A stretch of DNA of 64,000 nucleotides, from assembly GCA_964482555.1 (NCBI GenBank), contig CAYZXY010000001.1:165030-229029 (forward strand). Direction: 5' to 3'. Numbering within the stretch: position 1 is the stretch's first letter; each line of letters opens with the position of its first letter. The translations under genes were made by a program, and so were the position numbers. The notes beneath the pieces are model-generated. The model was given only the letters and a program-made list of their open reading frames with translations. It did not search any database and was not told the DNA's origin. This document shows positions 20,478 through 30,747 of this stretch, piece after piece. The DNA is from an uncultured Pirellulales bacterium (lineage in GTDB: Bacteria > Planctomycetota > Phycisphaerae > Sedimentisphaerales > SM23-30).

Positions 20478-21139
20478 TAACACGGCTGTCTTCCCATTTC
20501 AACATTATCACATTCTCCCAAGATATCCTGGAAGTCATTCCTTCTACTTAACTTGTTTGAAACTCAAACACAATGCCGGCTTGCCGACACAGGCCTGATA
20601 CGATTTTACGATATCACTTATTGTAACTATCGGTCTTTTTCGCAATTACCATACTGACTATTATAACGGATATACCATTATTTACACATATTTTCAATAT
20701 TAATGCTGTAATTTGCTGAAAATAAATAACGGCTTTCAGTATCCCGAAGCCGTTAACCACTGCGTTTTAACAGATTATATCATCAAAAACGGTGGCCAGG
20801 TCAATCCATACCCACTCTGAATCCGCTGAAAAACCGCCGGAAACATCACCCGGAACGCCGGCCATTATGGCTTGCCCTCCGAAGGGCACTTGCCATCCTT
20901 GCTGTATTTACTTATAAAACAAACACTTACTATCCTGGCCGTCCGCATGCCGCCTGTGCAATTCATACATAATAAGCCCAGCATGAGCCGAAAACCACTA
21001 TTATATACAGACTCGTCAATTTGTCAATGAGAAATAAAATATTTACGTTTATGCCCTTGACACCCCTCCTCAATAAATGTATATATCCTGTTTCTGCATA
21101 TTTACAAATAATCAGAAATGCCACCCTGTAATGAAAAAT

Positions 21140-21212
21140 GGGGGTGTAGCTCAGTTGGTAGAGCAGCGGCCTTTTAAGCCGCGGGTCCTGGGTTCGAGTC
21201 CCAGCGCCCTCA
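21140..21212 (+). tRNA. tRNA-Lys (TTT)
   Basis: GGGGGTG-TA-GCTCAGTTGGTAGAGC, anticodon arm GCGGC-CTTTTAA-GCCGC, T arm CTGGG-TTCGAGT-CCCAG; CCA not encoded. Confidence 0.97.
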
Positions 21213-21328
21213 TTTTTTCCATTTTTCCCAAACAGGGCAAATGTCTTGCTAATCCGCTCTTTTTCCCATACATTATCAATCCAGCTCATAATATAGTTGA
21301 ATTTTAATATATTTACTGTGGTTCTCTG

Positions 21329-22033
21329 ATGAAAAAATGTGTCACCTTCATGTCTCTATGCATTTGCCTTGCCGCCGGCTGCTGGAATTCCGACTCAAAA
21401 CAGAAAAACCCATTGACATCACTTGTCGATCTGGTAACTCCAGATGATGATAAATTACGACTTGAACTGCAAGAAAAAATCACCAGCATGAATCCCGAAA
21501 TCCGCAAGAATGGCGTTATCGAAATGTCACAGGGCCGACCGGCCGAATGGAATAACACACCAAATATCCTCCAGCTGGTCGCCAAGGATGATCCCGACGA
21601 GCATGTTCGTTACACCGCCCTGCTGGCCCTGCACCGGATCAACCGCAAACACCCGGACCAGCAACTGCCTTCCGAAGAAACCCTGGAAATAGCTCTGCAG
21701 GATGAAAGCTGGGTCGTGCGACTGGAATGTGTCCAAATACTCAAAAACTATCCCGGCGAGAAAAACCTCGACCGGCTGGCCGGGCTGATGAATACCGAAA
21801 AAAATGCCGATATCCGCCAGGCCATCGCCGAAACCCTGCGACACTACCCTTACGAAAAAACGCTGGATGTCCTGATCGAGCATCTGGGGGACGACAGCTT
21901 TGCCGTCAAATTCGGGTCTCGCAAATCCCTGAAAAAACTCACGGGCCAGGATTTCAAATATAACATGTTCGCCTGGCGGCAATGGCTGGATGATACGCAC
22001 CAACCCTTCAAAAACCGCCCTGAAACCAAATGA
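21329..22033 (+). CDS. HEAT-repeat lipoprotein
   Basis: Lipobox LAAG-C; repeated D..E.VR..A..AL helical repeats. Confidence 0.85.
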   Translation: MKKCVTFMSLCICLAAGCWNSDSKQKNPLTSLVDLVTPDDDKLRLELQEKITSMNPEIRKNGVIEMSQGRPAEWNNTPNILQLVAKDDPDEHVRYTALLALHRINRKHPDQQLPSEETLEIALQDESWVVRLECVQILKNYPGEKNLDRLAGLMNTEKNADIRQAIAETLRHYPYEKTLDVLIEHLGDDSFAVKFGSRKSLKKLTGQDFKYNMFAWRQWLDDTHQPFKNRPETK

Positions 22034-22063
22034 AGCACCTGCCTTTATGAGAACAGAAAGACC

Positions 22064-23032
22064 ATGCAAGCCATTCAATTCAAAGACAAACAGCTTGAAT
22101 ATAACGCCAATCATCCCGACCCCAAAACCGACGTGGCCAACGATGTCCTGATGGCCGTTTCAATGGCGGGAATATGCTCGACCGATCTGGAAATCGTCAA
22201 AGGCTACATGGATTTCTCCGGCATACCGGGTCACGAATTCGTCGGGAAGGTTCAGTCCGGCCCGCGTGAACTCATCGGCAAACGTGCCGTCGCGGAAATA
22301 AACTGCGTCTGTGGCAAATGCGACCTGTGCCTCTCGGGCCTCAGCAACCACTGCAGCAATCGCTCCGTCATCGGCATCGACAAACATGACGGCGTCTTTG
22401 CCGAATACGTCGCGGTCCCGGCCCGGAATGTACACGTTATCCCCGACTCCATCACCGATGACGCCGCGGTCTTCATCGAACCGCTGGCGGCGGCATTCCA
22501 GATCATCCAGCAGATCAACATCGAACAGCGGCATAAAACGCTCGTTCTCGGTGACGGCCGGCTCGGAATGCTCGTCGTTCAGGTCCTCGCCACAGTCGCC
22601 AAACCCGGCAACCTCGTCATCGTTGGCAAACATGAAGAAAAACTGACCTTTGCCGAAAAACGCGGCATCCAGGGCATCCTGCTCAAGGATATGCTCATCA
22701 AACCGGCATGGGACCTGGTCGTGGACTGCACCGGCAGCGACGACGGTTTTAATACCGCGTGCCAACTCGTCAAACCGCGCGGCAAACTGGTCCTCAAAAG
22801 CACCTTCGTGCCGGACAACCCCGTCAACCTCGCCCCTCTGGTCATCAATGAAATCACCCTGACCGGCTCACGCTGCGGCCCGTTCCCTAACGCCATTAAC
22901 GCCCTGGCCGCCCGACAGATCGAAACCAACGGCCTGATCACCTCTCGCTACAAACTCTCCGAGGCAGCAAACGCCTTCGCCGCGGCCAATGACCGCGACC
23001 AGATCAAAGTGGTATTCGATTTGAAAAAATAG
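22064..23032 (+). CDS. Zn-dependent alcohol dehydrogenase (MDR family)
   Basis: GICSTD, PGHEFVG, CGKCDLCLSGLSNHC structural-Zn motif, GDGRLG. Confidence 0.93.
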   Translation: MQAIQFKDKQLEYNANHPDPKTDVANDVLMAVSMAGICSTDLEIVKGYMDFSGIPGHEFVGKVQSGPRELIGKRAVAEINCVCGKCDLCLSGLSNHCSNRSVIGIDKHDGVFAEYVAVPARNVHVIPDSITDDAAVFIEPLAAAFQIIQQINIEQRHKTLVLGDGRLGMLVVQVLATVAKPGNLVIVGKHEEKLTFAEKRGIQGILLKDMLIKPAWDLVVDCTGSDDGFNTACQLVKPRGKLVLKSTFVPDNPVNLAPLVINEITLTGSRCGPFPNAINALAARQIETNGLITSRYKLSEAANAFAAANDRDQIKVVFDLKK

Positions 23033-23077
23033 TTACCGTTCACGAACTTCGTTCTTAGATTTTCCGGCTATGCCGGC

Positions 23078-24598
23078 TTAGGACATCGACACATTATTCT
23101 TATGTTTCTTGCTGTTTTTGATCAGTTCCTTTTCCAGGCTGATCAGCTTTTTCATGGCGGGTTTAGGGCTGAGGTCTTTCTTCAGCAGCCCCCCGCGCAT
23201 AAGAACACCGTCTTCTCGATCGACCAGATCCTTCCAGGTCACCGTCTCGACATACGAACGGCCCAGAGCAATCCGGTAAGCCTTGTCCAGCCAGCGGGCC
23301 TGAATATCCTCGGACCAGGGTTTACGCCAGTGGCCGGCCTCGCCCAGCCGACCGTTGTTATCCCGAGGGTCGGGCTCACTGGGTACCTGCACCCCCGTAA
23401 GATGCAGTGATTTACCAAAAACGCCCAGCCGGTCCAGCATCGCCGAAAGCTCCAGCAGATCACGGGTAATCATGCCCGCCCCGCCGCGACCGAAACGCAG
23501 CTTGACGCCGACCGCATTGAAATTCACCCCCGTCTGGCATATCATATCGATATAAATAAACGGCGGAATCGTCCGCTGATTGAATGCGTAATAATCACCC
23601 CAAGGCTCGGAAACCTCCACCAGCAGCATCGAACGCGGCGCCGCGTGACGGGCCGCCACTACGCTTGAGCGGCTGATCTCGATGATCTGCTCGAAACTGA
23701 ACTTGAAGCAATTCTCCACATTCAGTGAACTGACCACATCCCAGGCATGCACCTTACCGGCATACCGCCCCACCACCGAGGTCACGAAATCATAAGCCAT
23801 ATCCCGCACTTGATCAAATTCATTCTCCCAGATATAAAGCCAATCTGGTACAGCCGCCGGCGAAAAATAAATAAGCGGACCGACCTTGATAGCTATCCGG
23901 TTACTGCTCAGCCAGTTAATCCATTCATCGGTCAGATCGAAATCGCGCTCGTTTTCCTTGGCCATGATCTGCCGCCAACTGATCGGCAGTGTCACATAGC
24001 TGAAGTGCTCTTTAATATAATTAAGATACTTTTTATCATTGATACGAGAGGGATCAACCGTACAGCCGAAACAATGCGACGAAATTCCCTTCGACTCCAT
24101 CCGCCGCTCCAGACCGAGACTGGCGAATGCCAGCGACATCTCTTCACCCGACCGGGCCGACCAGGACAGCGATTCATCTGCCGCTTTGGCTGCCTTTTCT
24201 GGATCGTCCAGGTTGCTTAACGATTCAATAAAACAATCCAGCGCATTATCCAGCATTTCATGCTGTTTCTCGCTGAGTTTCAGGTCCATCATGCCCCATT
24301 CTTCACGCTTCTGGCTGATTCGCAATAGACGCCCGCGAGCCAGTTCTACATTGAGGTTATAGCTTTCGTTCCGCTCAGGCAGCCGCGTCGTCTGTAAAAG
24401 TACTTTGCCGCTCCCGGCAATGTCCCATAACGTGACCAGACCGACCGCCGTATCGCTGTGACGCAGACCCAGAATTTCCCCGTCATTGAAATCCAACTGG
24501 CTGCGAACCGGGATTTCATCCTGACCGAATAAATGGGCCCCGTGAAGATGGAAGCTGTCAGCAACCTTACCGTTTTGAAAAACTTTAAATCGAATCAT
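23078..24598 (-). CDS. GH10 (xylanase)-fold protein lacking the catalytic glutamates
   Basis: TLPISWRQI..E, VVGRYAGKVHAWDVV resemble GH10; WDVVSS instead of WDVVNE and LHLTG instead of xxITE. Confidence 0.75.
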   Translation of the reverse strand: MIRFKVFQNGKVADSFHLHGAHLFGQDEIPVRSQLDFNDGEILGLRHSDTAVGLVTLWDIAGSGKVLLQTTRLPERNESYNLNVELARGRLLRISQKREEWGMMDLKLSEKQHEMLDNALDCFIESLSNLDDPEKAAKAADESLSWSARSGEEMSLAFASLGLERRMESKGISSHCFGCTVDPSRINDKKYLNYIKEHFSYVTLPISWRQIMAKENERDFDLTDEWINWLSSNRIAIKVGPLIYFSPAAVPDWLYIWENEFDQVRDMAYDFVTSVVGRYAGKVHAWDVVSSLNVENCFKFSFEQIIEISRSSVVAARHAAPRSMLLVEVSEPWGDYYAFNQRTIPPFIYIDMICQTGVNFNAVGVKLRFGRGGAGMITRDLLELSAMLDRLGVFGKSLHLTGVQVPSEPDPRDNNGRLGEAGHWRKPWSEDIQARWLDKAYRIALGRSYVETVTWKDLVDREDGVLMRGGLLKKDLSPKPAMKKLISLEKELIKNSKKHKNNVSMS

Positions 24599-25048
24599 GT
24601 TTGTTAATAAATAATTAAAATAATAATTTATCTTTCAAACTGGCCACTCTATCATCGGCCATGTTCTTATGTCGTTAATACAAAAAACTGTTTTAAATAA
24701 AGGGAATCTACGAGGTTAGTATCACTCTCCAGATTGAGGCAGGTTTCTGTAAATTGCTGGAATTTTCACGTTCCGCTAAGGGATCCTGTCTCATAGCAAC
24801 ATAATTATAGAAGATAACTACAATTACGCTCGGCCTCGACGGAAAGTCTCATACCCCTGCGGGCTAAACATTTCTCTCATTTATAAGCCGAAGTATTATA
24901 CAATATGATCTGCATCTTTAAAAGCCATTTTCAGGTAAAATATCAAAGAACCTGTTAAAATATGTAACGAGGATTTGTAAACCATTACTATAAAACAACT
25001 TATTGAAACAAAACGCTTGCGGGCCGTCCTGACAATACTTGCCGGACC

Positions 25049-26200
25049 TCAACCCCGAGATATCATAAACGCCTTAACAATCTGCCGCGCAGCGTCATAC
25101 AGCAAAGCTTCGGCATGCTTCAGGGCATAAGTCAGGCTTGCCGGACCGGGACAGATCGAAAACATCGGTGGAATGTGCGGGGCGGAGAGGTCGATCTTTT
25201 CCGGGGCAATAGCCCCGGCGATAGCGATCACAGGAACCTTTTTCGCCTGAGCCACTCGCAGCACGCCGGCAATGGTTTTACCCTGAAAAGTGGTCTTGTC
25301 AATTTTCCCTTCGCCAGTGAGTATCAGATCGGCATCCCGAATCTTGTCGCGAAAGCGACAGGTCTCCATGATAATATCCACACCGGGGCGGATTTCCGCA
25401 TCACAGAAAGCCAGCAGCCCCGCCCCCAACCCCCCGGCGGCTCCGGCGCCTGGGATCCGGCAAACCGAACGGCCAATCGCCTTTTCGACGATAGTATAAA
25501 AATGCGTCATACCCTCTTCGAGCGACTGAATGGCCTTTTCATCAGCGCCTTTCTGGGCGGCATAGGTTTGACTCGCCCCGTCGGAACCGAGTAAAGGATT
25601 GCTTACATCACCGGCAATCGTCATCCGGCACTCATGCAGACGATCATCCAGCCCGGTTAAATCAACCGCTGCGACCCGTCCCAGCAGACCGCCAGTCATT
25701 TTGTCCGTGATTTCGCGTCGGTCTTCATCAAAAAAGCGAACGCCCAAAGCCTGAGCCATGCCGGAACCGCCATCGTTGGTGGCCGAGCCGCCCAGACCAA
25801 CAATGATCCTCCGGCAGCCCCGACCCAGCGCATCGAGGATTAATTCACCAACGCCATAAGTTGTCGTGTGCAGAGGATTTCGTTCCTTATCCGGCAATAA
25901 AACCAGCCCCGACGCGGCCGCCATTTCGATTATCGCGGTTTTGGCGTCTGCACCTTCTCCCAAAATGCCGTAAACCGCCACGATGAGTCGTCCATCCGGA
26001 CCAGAAACACGTTTTTCAATATTTTTTCCGCCAGTGGCACTTACCAGAGCTTCGACCGTACCTTCTCCCCCATCGGCCAGCGGAATTGTAATCACTTCGG
26101 CCTCTGGCACAATCGACAGAACAGCCCTTTTAATAGTGTCGGCAACAAGTGCTGCACTCAAGGAACCCTTAAATTTATCTGGAGAAATGATGATTTTCAT
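25049..26200 (-). CDS. glxK: Glycerate kinase (GlxK/GarK family)
   Basis: MKIIISPDKFKGSL, PLADGGEGT, GLGGSATNDGG, GAGAAGGLG, TGEGKID; ATGA overlap with the upstream kelch gene. Confidence 0.95.
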   Translation of the reverse strand: MKIIISPDKFKGSLSAALVADTIKRAVLSIVPEAEVITIPLADGGEGTVEALVSATGGKNIEKRVSGPDGRLIVAVYGILGEGADAKTAIIEMAAASGLVLLPDKERNPLHTTTYGVGELILDALGRGCRRIIVGLGGSATNDGGSGMAQALGVRFFDEDRREITDKMTGGLLGRVAAVDLTGLDDRLHECRMTIAGDVSNPLLGSDGASQTYAAQKGADEKAIQSLEEGMTHFYTIVEKAIGRSVCRIPGAGAAGGLGAGLLAFCDAEIRPGVDIIMETCRFRDKIRDADLILTGEGKIDKTTFQGKTIAGVLRVAQAKKVPVIAIAGAIAPEKIDLSAPHIPPMFSICPGPASLTYALKHAEALLYDAARQIVKAFMISRG

Positions 26201-27411
26201 GGCATTTCCAGCAGTTTTTCCCTGTTTATTTCGAAGATTTCGCATTCCGCGGAGATACTGTCATTGGCTCCGTGCCCGCCGATAATCAATACCCGCAACA
26301 TGCCGTCTTTTTCGGGCAAGGCGGCAATGGAGAACTCATCATGAGCCGACCTCATAGGACCGACGAATATTAGCCGACGGGATTCTGACAGATAAATATA
26401 AGCTGTATCAAGATTTATGTCTTGTTTGCCTTTGCCGGGATCGAATTCGCCACCGCAAATGAAGATGTATTTACCGATGTTCATGTGCGTTTTGGGGAAT
26501 AAATCGGTGCTTTTCATGTCGGAAGCGCTGGTAATTTCAGTTTTATCCGGAAAAAACAGCGGCGGACTTTCGAAGAGTTGATTCTGTTTAGTATCGTAAA
26601 TCCATGTATTATTGATACTTATCATTGTTGCGACGTCTTGGCCGCCGGCGATAAAGACTTCTTCATCACCCACCCGCACCGCTGTCATATCATCGAACAC
26701 ACCCGGCAACCGGGTATGCGTCATGCTGAAAGATTCGGAGCAGGGATCAAACCGCTCGATATGCGTTGTACGTCCTCCGATCAGGAGGACGGAGCCGTCG
26801 GATAATGAAACGGCGGCATGATCCTGATGGAAGGTGTGGGTGCGGGCGGTGAGAACTCTTGTCTGGTAGCCGGTAGCAGCGGTCTGGTTCGGCTCGATGA
26901 TTTCCGCGATTTTGCTGTTACCGGTAATCAGGACGCGACCGCCGGGCAGCAGGTTCAAGGCGGGATTCGTGCGGGGGATTTGCATCGCTGGCAAAAGCGT
27001 GAATTGCTCGGTGTCCGGATCGAAAAGCTCGATGGAAGGGAGCGGAGCTTTGCTTTGGTCTATACCGCCGACGAGGAGTACGCCCCCGCCGGGAAGGCGG
27101 ATGGAGCCGTGATTGAAGCGGGCGATGTTGAGCTGGCCGCGGGCAAGACGCCATGATTCGGTGTTGGGGTCGAAGATGCGGGCGAGCTTGGTGACCATGG
27201 GGAGTTTCTGAAACATCATGCCGTAACCGCCAGTGATCAGAATGGTATTATCTTTAAGCGTAGCAGCGGAATGGGCGGCGGTCGCCACTGGCAGGGAGGC
27301 AGCGGGAACGAACCGCCAGGGAGGACGTTGCTCCTGGGAGCAGACGCGACCTGCCGTAAGCAGTATCAGGACAATTCCAATACGTGTTCTATTGAGATAA
27401 CGAATGAGCAA
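26197..27411 (-). CDS. Secreted kelch/galactose-oxidase-type beta-propeller protein
   Basis: Signal peptide; repeats of HSAATL..ILITGG..IFDP, RFNHGS..L..G.VLLVGG..ELFDP. Confidence 0.85.
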   Translation of the reverse strand: MLIRYLNRTRIGIVLILLTAGRVCSQEQRPPWRFVPAASLPVATAAHSAATLKDNTILITGGYGMMFQKLPMVTKLARIFDPNTESWRLARGQLNIARFNHGSIRLPGGGVLLVGGIDQSKAPLPSIELFDPDTEQFTLLPAMQIPRTNPALNLLPGGRVLITGNSKIAEIIEPNQTAATGYQTRVLTARTHTFHQDHAAVSLSDGSVLLIGGRTTHIERFDPCSESFSMTHTRLPGVFDDMTAVRVGDEEVFIAGGQDVATMISINNTWIYDTKQNQLFESPPLFFPDKTEITSASDMKSTDLFPKTHMNIGKYIFICGGEFDPGKGKQDINLDTAYIYLSESRRLIFVGPMRSAHDEFSIAALPEKDGMLRVLIIGGHGANDSISAECEIFEINREKLLEMP

Positions 27412-27464
27412 ATGAACAAAAGTCCTCAGTTCGCGTTAACATCACTGTTAATCGGTAAATAAAT

Positions 27465-27567
27465 TATACCCAATCGGGTAAAAACTCCTGGCAGGGCCAA
27501 ATGTAAACGTTTTATCCGCACACAATTATGATCCAACAAAACGGAAAATTCTATTGGAACGAGTACA
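27465..27567 (-). mobile_element. 105-bp repeat family 1, copy E (reverse orientation)
   Basis: Plus strand TATACCCAATCGGGTA...ATTGGAACGAGTACA. Confidence 0.88.
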
Positions 27568-27613
27568 CTTATGCTTTCAGAATAACATTTTACAAGTTCA
27601 ATGTTAATGTATT

Positions 27614-27718
27614 TATACACGTTAAGATCGATTTCTCACAGATTTCTCCCAACATAATCATGCCAGGGAAAACTTGCACGACCGGTCTTAACTGGATTTT
27701 TCATGCCCTTTAGGTATA
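27614..27718 (+). mobile_element. 105-bp repeat family 1, copy E2 (highly diverged)
   Basis: TATACACGTT...GGATTTTTCATGCCCTTTAGGTATA; exactly 105 bp, ends match the consensus, middle weak. Confidence 0.55.
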
Positions 27719-27911
27719 AAACAAGGATCGGTCCATTATAATATCCATCGACATTTTTATAAACTCTATATACAATATGAGTGTAAATTATAAAAATAGA
27801 AAACTTAAACTGTTTCGAGCAGTCAAGCATTTGTTAGAGATTAAAACCATTATTTCATGATATCATTGTCGGTACGACATGTTCGCATAGGACGGGCCTG
27901 GGCGATTTTTT

Positions 27912-28487
27912 ATGGCTGAGAAAAATATGGAAACAACGGAAAATTGTAGATATATGAACATTAATAACTTTAAGAAAATGATCGTTTATGACATCTTCCG
28001 GACAAACGATACGCCGCACCGGCTGGCGTTAGGGTTGGCTATCGGGCTGTTTCTGGCGATGACGCCGACGGTCGGATTTCAGATCTTACTGACGTTTTTT
28101 ATCGCCCCTTTATTTGGGGGAAACGGACGAGTCGGCTCGCTGATGGCGTGGATTTCAAATCCGCTGACTATGTTATGGGTATATTGGTTCAATTATGAAG
28201 TGGGGCATCGGCTGCTGGAATTGTTCGGCGATCGACCGGACGTAACGATGGAGCATATCCGGATGATTCTTAAGGGCTATACGGCGGAAGAACTGATGGA
28301 GCCGATCCCCTTCCATGAGCGGATGGGGCATCTGTTCGATCATCTGTCTATGATGTCGGGGGATTTATGGCTGGGCAGTGTGGTTGTGGGCACGGTAACG
28401 GCCATCCCCATGTATTTCGTGAGCCGGCGACTGATCGAAATTTATCGACGTAAACATCCGGTTGAAGAGATGGGTGACAACCAGTAA
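27912..28487 (+). CDS. DUF2062 family membrane protein
   Basis: DTPHRLALGLAIGLFLAMTPTVGFQI...SNPLT motif. Confidence 0.92.
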   Translation: MAEKNMETTENCRYMNINNFKKMIVYDIFRTNDTPHRLALGLAIGLFLAMTPTVGFQILLTFFIAPLFGGNGRVGSLMAWISNPLTMLWVYWFNYEVGHRLLELFGDRPDVTMEHIRMILKGYTAEELMEPIPFHERMGHLFDHLSMMSGDLWLGSVVVGTVTAIPMYFVSRRLIEIYRRKHPVEEMGDNQ

Positions 28488-28522
28488 CGCCAGGCTGGGA
28501 CCAAAATTCTCAATCGGAACCG

Positions 28523-29350
28523 ATGGTAATAGCCGTTATGAAAAAACCGTTTAAAAAAATCAAACCCGTATTAAAACCGCAGGTGACAACGCTGTGGGAA
28601 TACCCGTCGCAGCATTATGGGGACAGCCTGCAGGGCGATCCGGATTACAAGGGGGCCACGCCAAGCTATATCATCTGGAATCTGTTGCAGCGGTACACGA
28701 AGGAGAAGGACCTGGTGGTCGATCCGATGTGCGGGAGCGGGACGACGCTGGACGTCGCGCGGGATCTGAACCGGCGGGCGCTGGGGTACGATGTGAACCC
28801 GACGAGGAAGGATATTTTTAACGTGGATGCGCGGAAACTGCCGCTGGAAGATGCAAAGGCGGATTTTGTGTTCATCGATCCGCCTTACTCGACGCATATC
28901 GAGTACAGCGACGACCCACGCTGCATCGGCAAGCTGCATGCCGGCGATTCGGCCTACTATAAAGCGATGCGGCAGGTGATCGGGGAGATTGAGCGAATTC
29001 TCAAACCGGGAAAATACATGGGATTATATGTCTGCGATTCGTTCGAGAAAGGGAAGGGGGTTTTCCCGATCGGGTTCGAGCTGTTCGGACTATTGCGGGA
29101 ACGGTTTGTGCCGGTGGATATTGTAGCGGTCGTCCGGCATAACAAGACGCTGGAGATGGGCAACTACCGCAAGGCGGCGGACGAAGGGAATTTCTTTCTG
29201 CGCGGGTTTAATTACCTGTTCATTATGCAGAAGCCGGCACGGAAAAAACCGGCGACACCCCGCCCGGCAAAACAGCGACTAACCAGCAAACCGCACAAAA
29301 CAACCGGCAAGGCGGGCGACCGACAGGACCGGGGAAAGGCGAAGCGATGA
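28523..29350 (+). CDS. Orphan SAM-dependent amino (N6/N4) methyltransferase
   Basis: VVDPMCGSGTT (motif I) and FIDPPY (motif IV); basic C-terminal tail; stop overlaps the ruvC ATG. Confidence 0.88.
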   Translation: MVIAVMKKPFKKIKPVLKPQVTTLWEYPSQHYGDSLQGDPDYKGATPSYIIWNLLQRYTKEKDLVVDPMCGSGTTLDVARDLNRRALGYDVNPTRKDIFNVDARKLPLEDAKADFVFIDPPYSTHIEYSDDPRCIGKLHAGDSAYYKAMRQVIGEIERILKPGKYMGLYVCDSFEKGKGVFPIGFELFGLLRERFVPVDIVAVVRHNKTLEMGNYRKAADEGNFFLRGFNYLFIMQKPARKKPATPRPAKQRLTSKPHKTTGKAGDRQDRGKAKR

Positions 29351-29838
29351 AAGTGCTGGGCGTCGATCCAGGATTGCGAGTGAGCGGTTATGCGGTGGTA
29401 GAGTTGCAGGGCCGGGAATACAAGGCGCTGGATGCGGGGGTGGTCCGAGTGGATGCGAAGCTCTCGATGCCGGAACGGCTGAGTGAGATTTATCATAATA
29501 TAAGCGCGATTCTGATTGAGCACAAGGTCGATGTGATGGCGGTTGAGAAGCTTTACGCCCATTATAAACATCCGCGGACAGCGATTCTGATGGGGCATGC
29601 GCGGGGGGCGATGCTGCTGGCGGCAGCCCAGCGCGGCGTACAGGTGGAGGATTTCGCGGCTACGCGGATCAAAAAATCGCTGACCGGCCGCGGACGGGCG
29701 AGCAAAGAACAGATGCAGCGGGCCGTGGCGAGTCAGTTGGGACTGACGCGGGTGCCGGAGCCGGCGGATGTGGCCGATGCGATGGCGGTAGCGATGTGCT
29801 GTATATATGAGTTGACGAGTAAAAGAGTAAATGAGTAA
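29347..29838 (+). CDS. ruvC: Holliday junction resolvase RuvC
   Basis: VLGVDPGL, MAVEKLY, GHARG, GRASKEQM, DVADAMAVA. Confidence 0.97.
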   Translation: MKVLGVDPGLRVSGYAVVELQGREYKALDAGVVRVDAKLSMPERLSEIYHNISAILIEHKVDVMAVEKLYAHYKHPRTAILMGHARGAMLLAAAQRGVQVEDFAATRIKKSLTGRGRASKEQMQRAVASQLGLTRVPEPADVADAMAVAMCCIYELTSKRVNE

Positions 29839-30108
29839 TGAGGCTATGTTTCCACCAAATTATTATTGGTGCTTTAGCGGCTCGGTGGTTAAAATTTATA
29901 TGAGCCTTGAGGTTTAATGGCCACCATAATGCACATAAAATATTCAAGTTTTTAATTGGATTGACACAAGAATTTGATGGCAAATTGAACAATATAAATA
30001 AAGAATATATAAATATATTATTTGGAAAAATGGCTAAGGCTGTGCGAAATAAAGATTTATTTTTGTGATTTATGTGCTTTTTTACGGCAAATATCAAAAG
30101 GACAAATC

Positions 30109-30747
30109 GTGATAGCACGAATGACTGGAACATTATTAGAACTGGATGCGAAGGCAGGGCTCGTGCTGCTGGAGGTTGGGGATATTGCCTATGAGGTGCT
30201 GGTGCCGGGGTATGCGGTGAGCGGGCTCTCGAGCGAGACCGGGCGGGTGGTGACGCTGTATTGCATGGAGTATTACGAGGGGAGCGGGACGGGGACGAGT
30301 TTTGTACCGCTGCTGCTGGGGTTTCCGCAGGCGGGCGACAAGGCGTTTTTCCGGAAGTTCATCTCCGTGAAAGGGATCGGGATTCGCAAGGCGCTGCGGG
30401 CGTTGACAATGCCCCTGGCGGATGTGGCATACGCGATCGAGGAAGGCGATACGAAGCGGTTGCTGTCGCTGCCGGAGATCGGTAAGCGAACGGCGGAGCA
30501 GATTGTCGCGGAACTGAAGGGCAAGATGGGCGAATATGCCGTGGCGGCGACGGGCCGGCCGACCAGAGCGACGCGGCCCATGACCGAGATCGAAAAGGAG
30601 GCGTTGGAGATTCTGCTGCAACTGGGCGAAAAACGGGCCGAGGCGGAAGAACTGATCGAGCGGGTGATGAAAAGCAAAGAAGAAACAGCGACGACGGACG
30701 CGGTCGTGCAGGCGGTGTACCGGTTGAAATCCGGCGTAGCTCTATAG
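30109..30747 (+). CDS. ruvA: Holliday junction helicase subunit RuvA
   Basis: GTG start after AAAGGA; FISVKGIG, LPEIGKRTAEQIVAELKGK. Confidence 0.95.
   Translation: MIARMTGTLLELDAKAGLVLLEVGDIAYEVLVPGYAVSGLSSETGRVVTLYCMEYYEGSGTGTSFVPLLLGFPQAGDKAFFRKFISVKGIGIRKALRALTMPLADVAYAIEEGDTKRLLSLPEIGKRTAEQIVAELKGKMGEYAVAATGRPTRATRPMTEIEKEALEILLQLGEKRAEAEELIERVMKSKEETATTDAVVQAVYRLKSGVAL

Noticed and set aside
20963-21289. 108-aa minus-strand ORF
   Set aside because: It is antisense to tRNA-Lys; the peptide GAGTRTQDPRLKRPLLYQLSY is the classic tRNA shadow.
28523-29350. Restriction-modification system
   Set aside because: No candidate endonuclease or specificity gene is adjacent; the neighbours are DUF2062 and ruvC.
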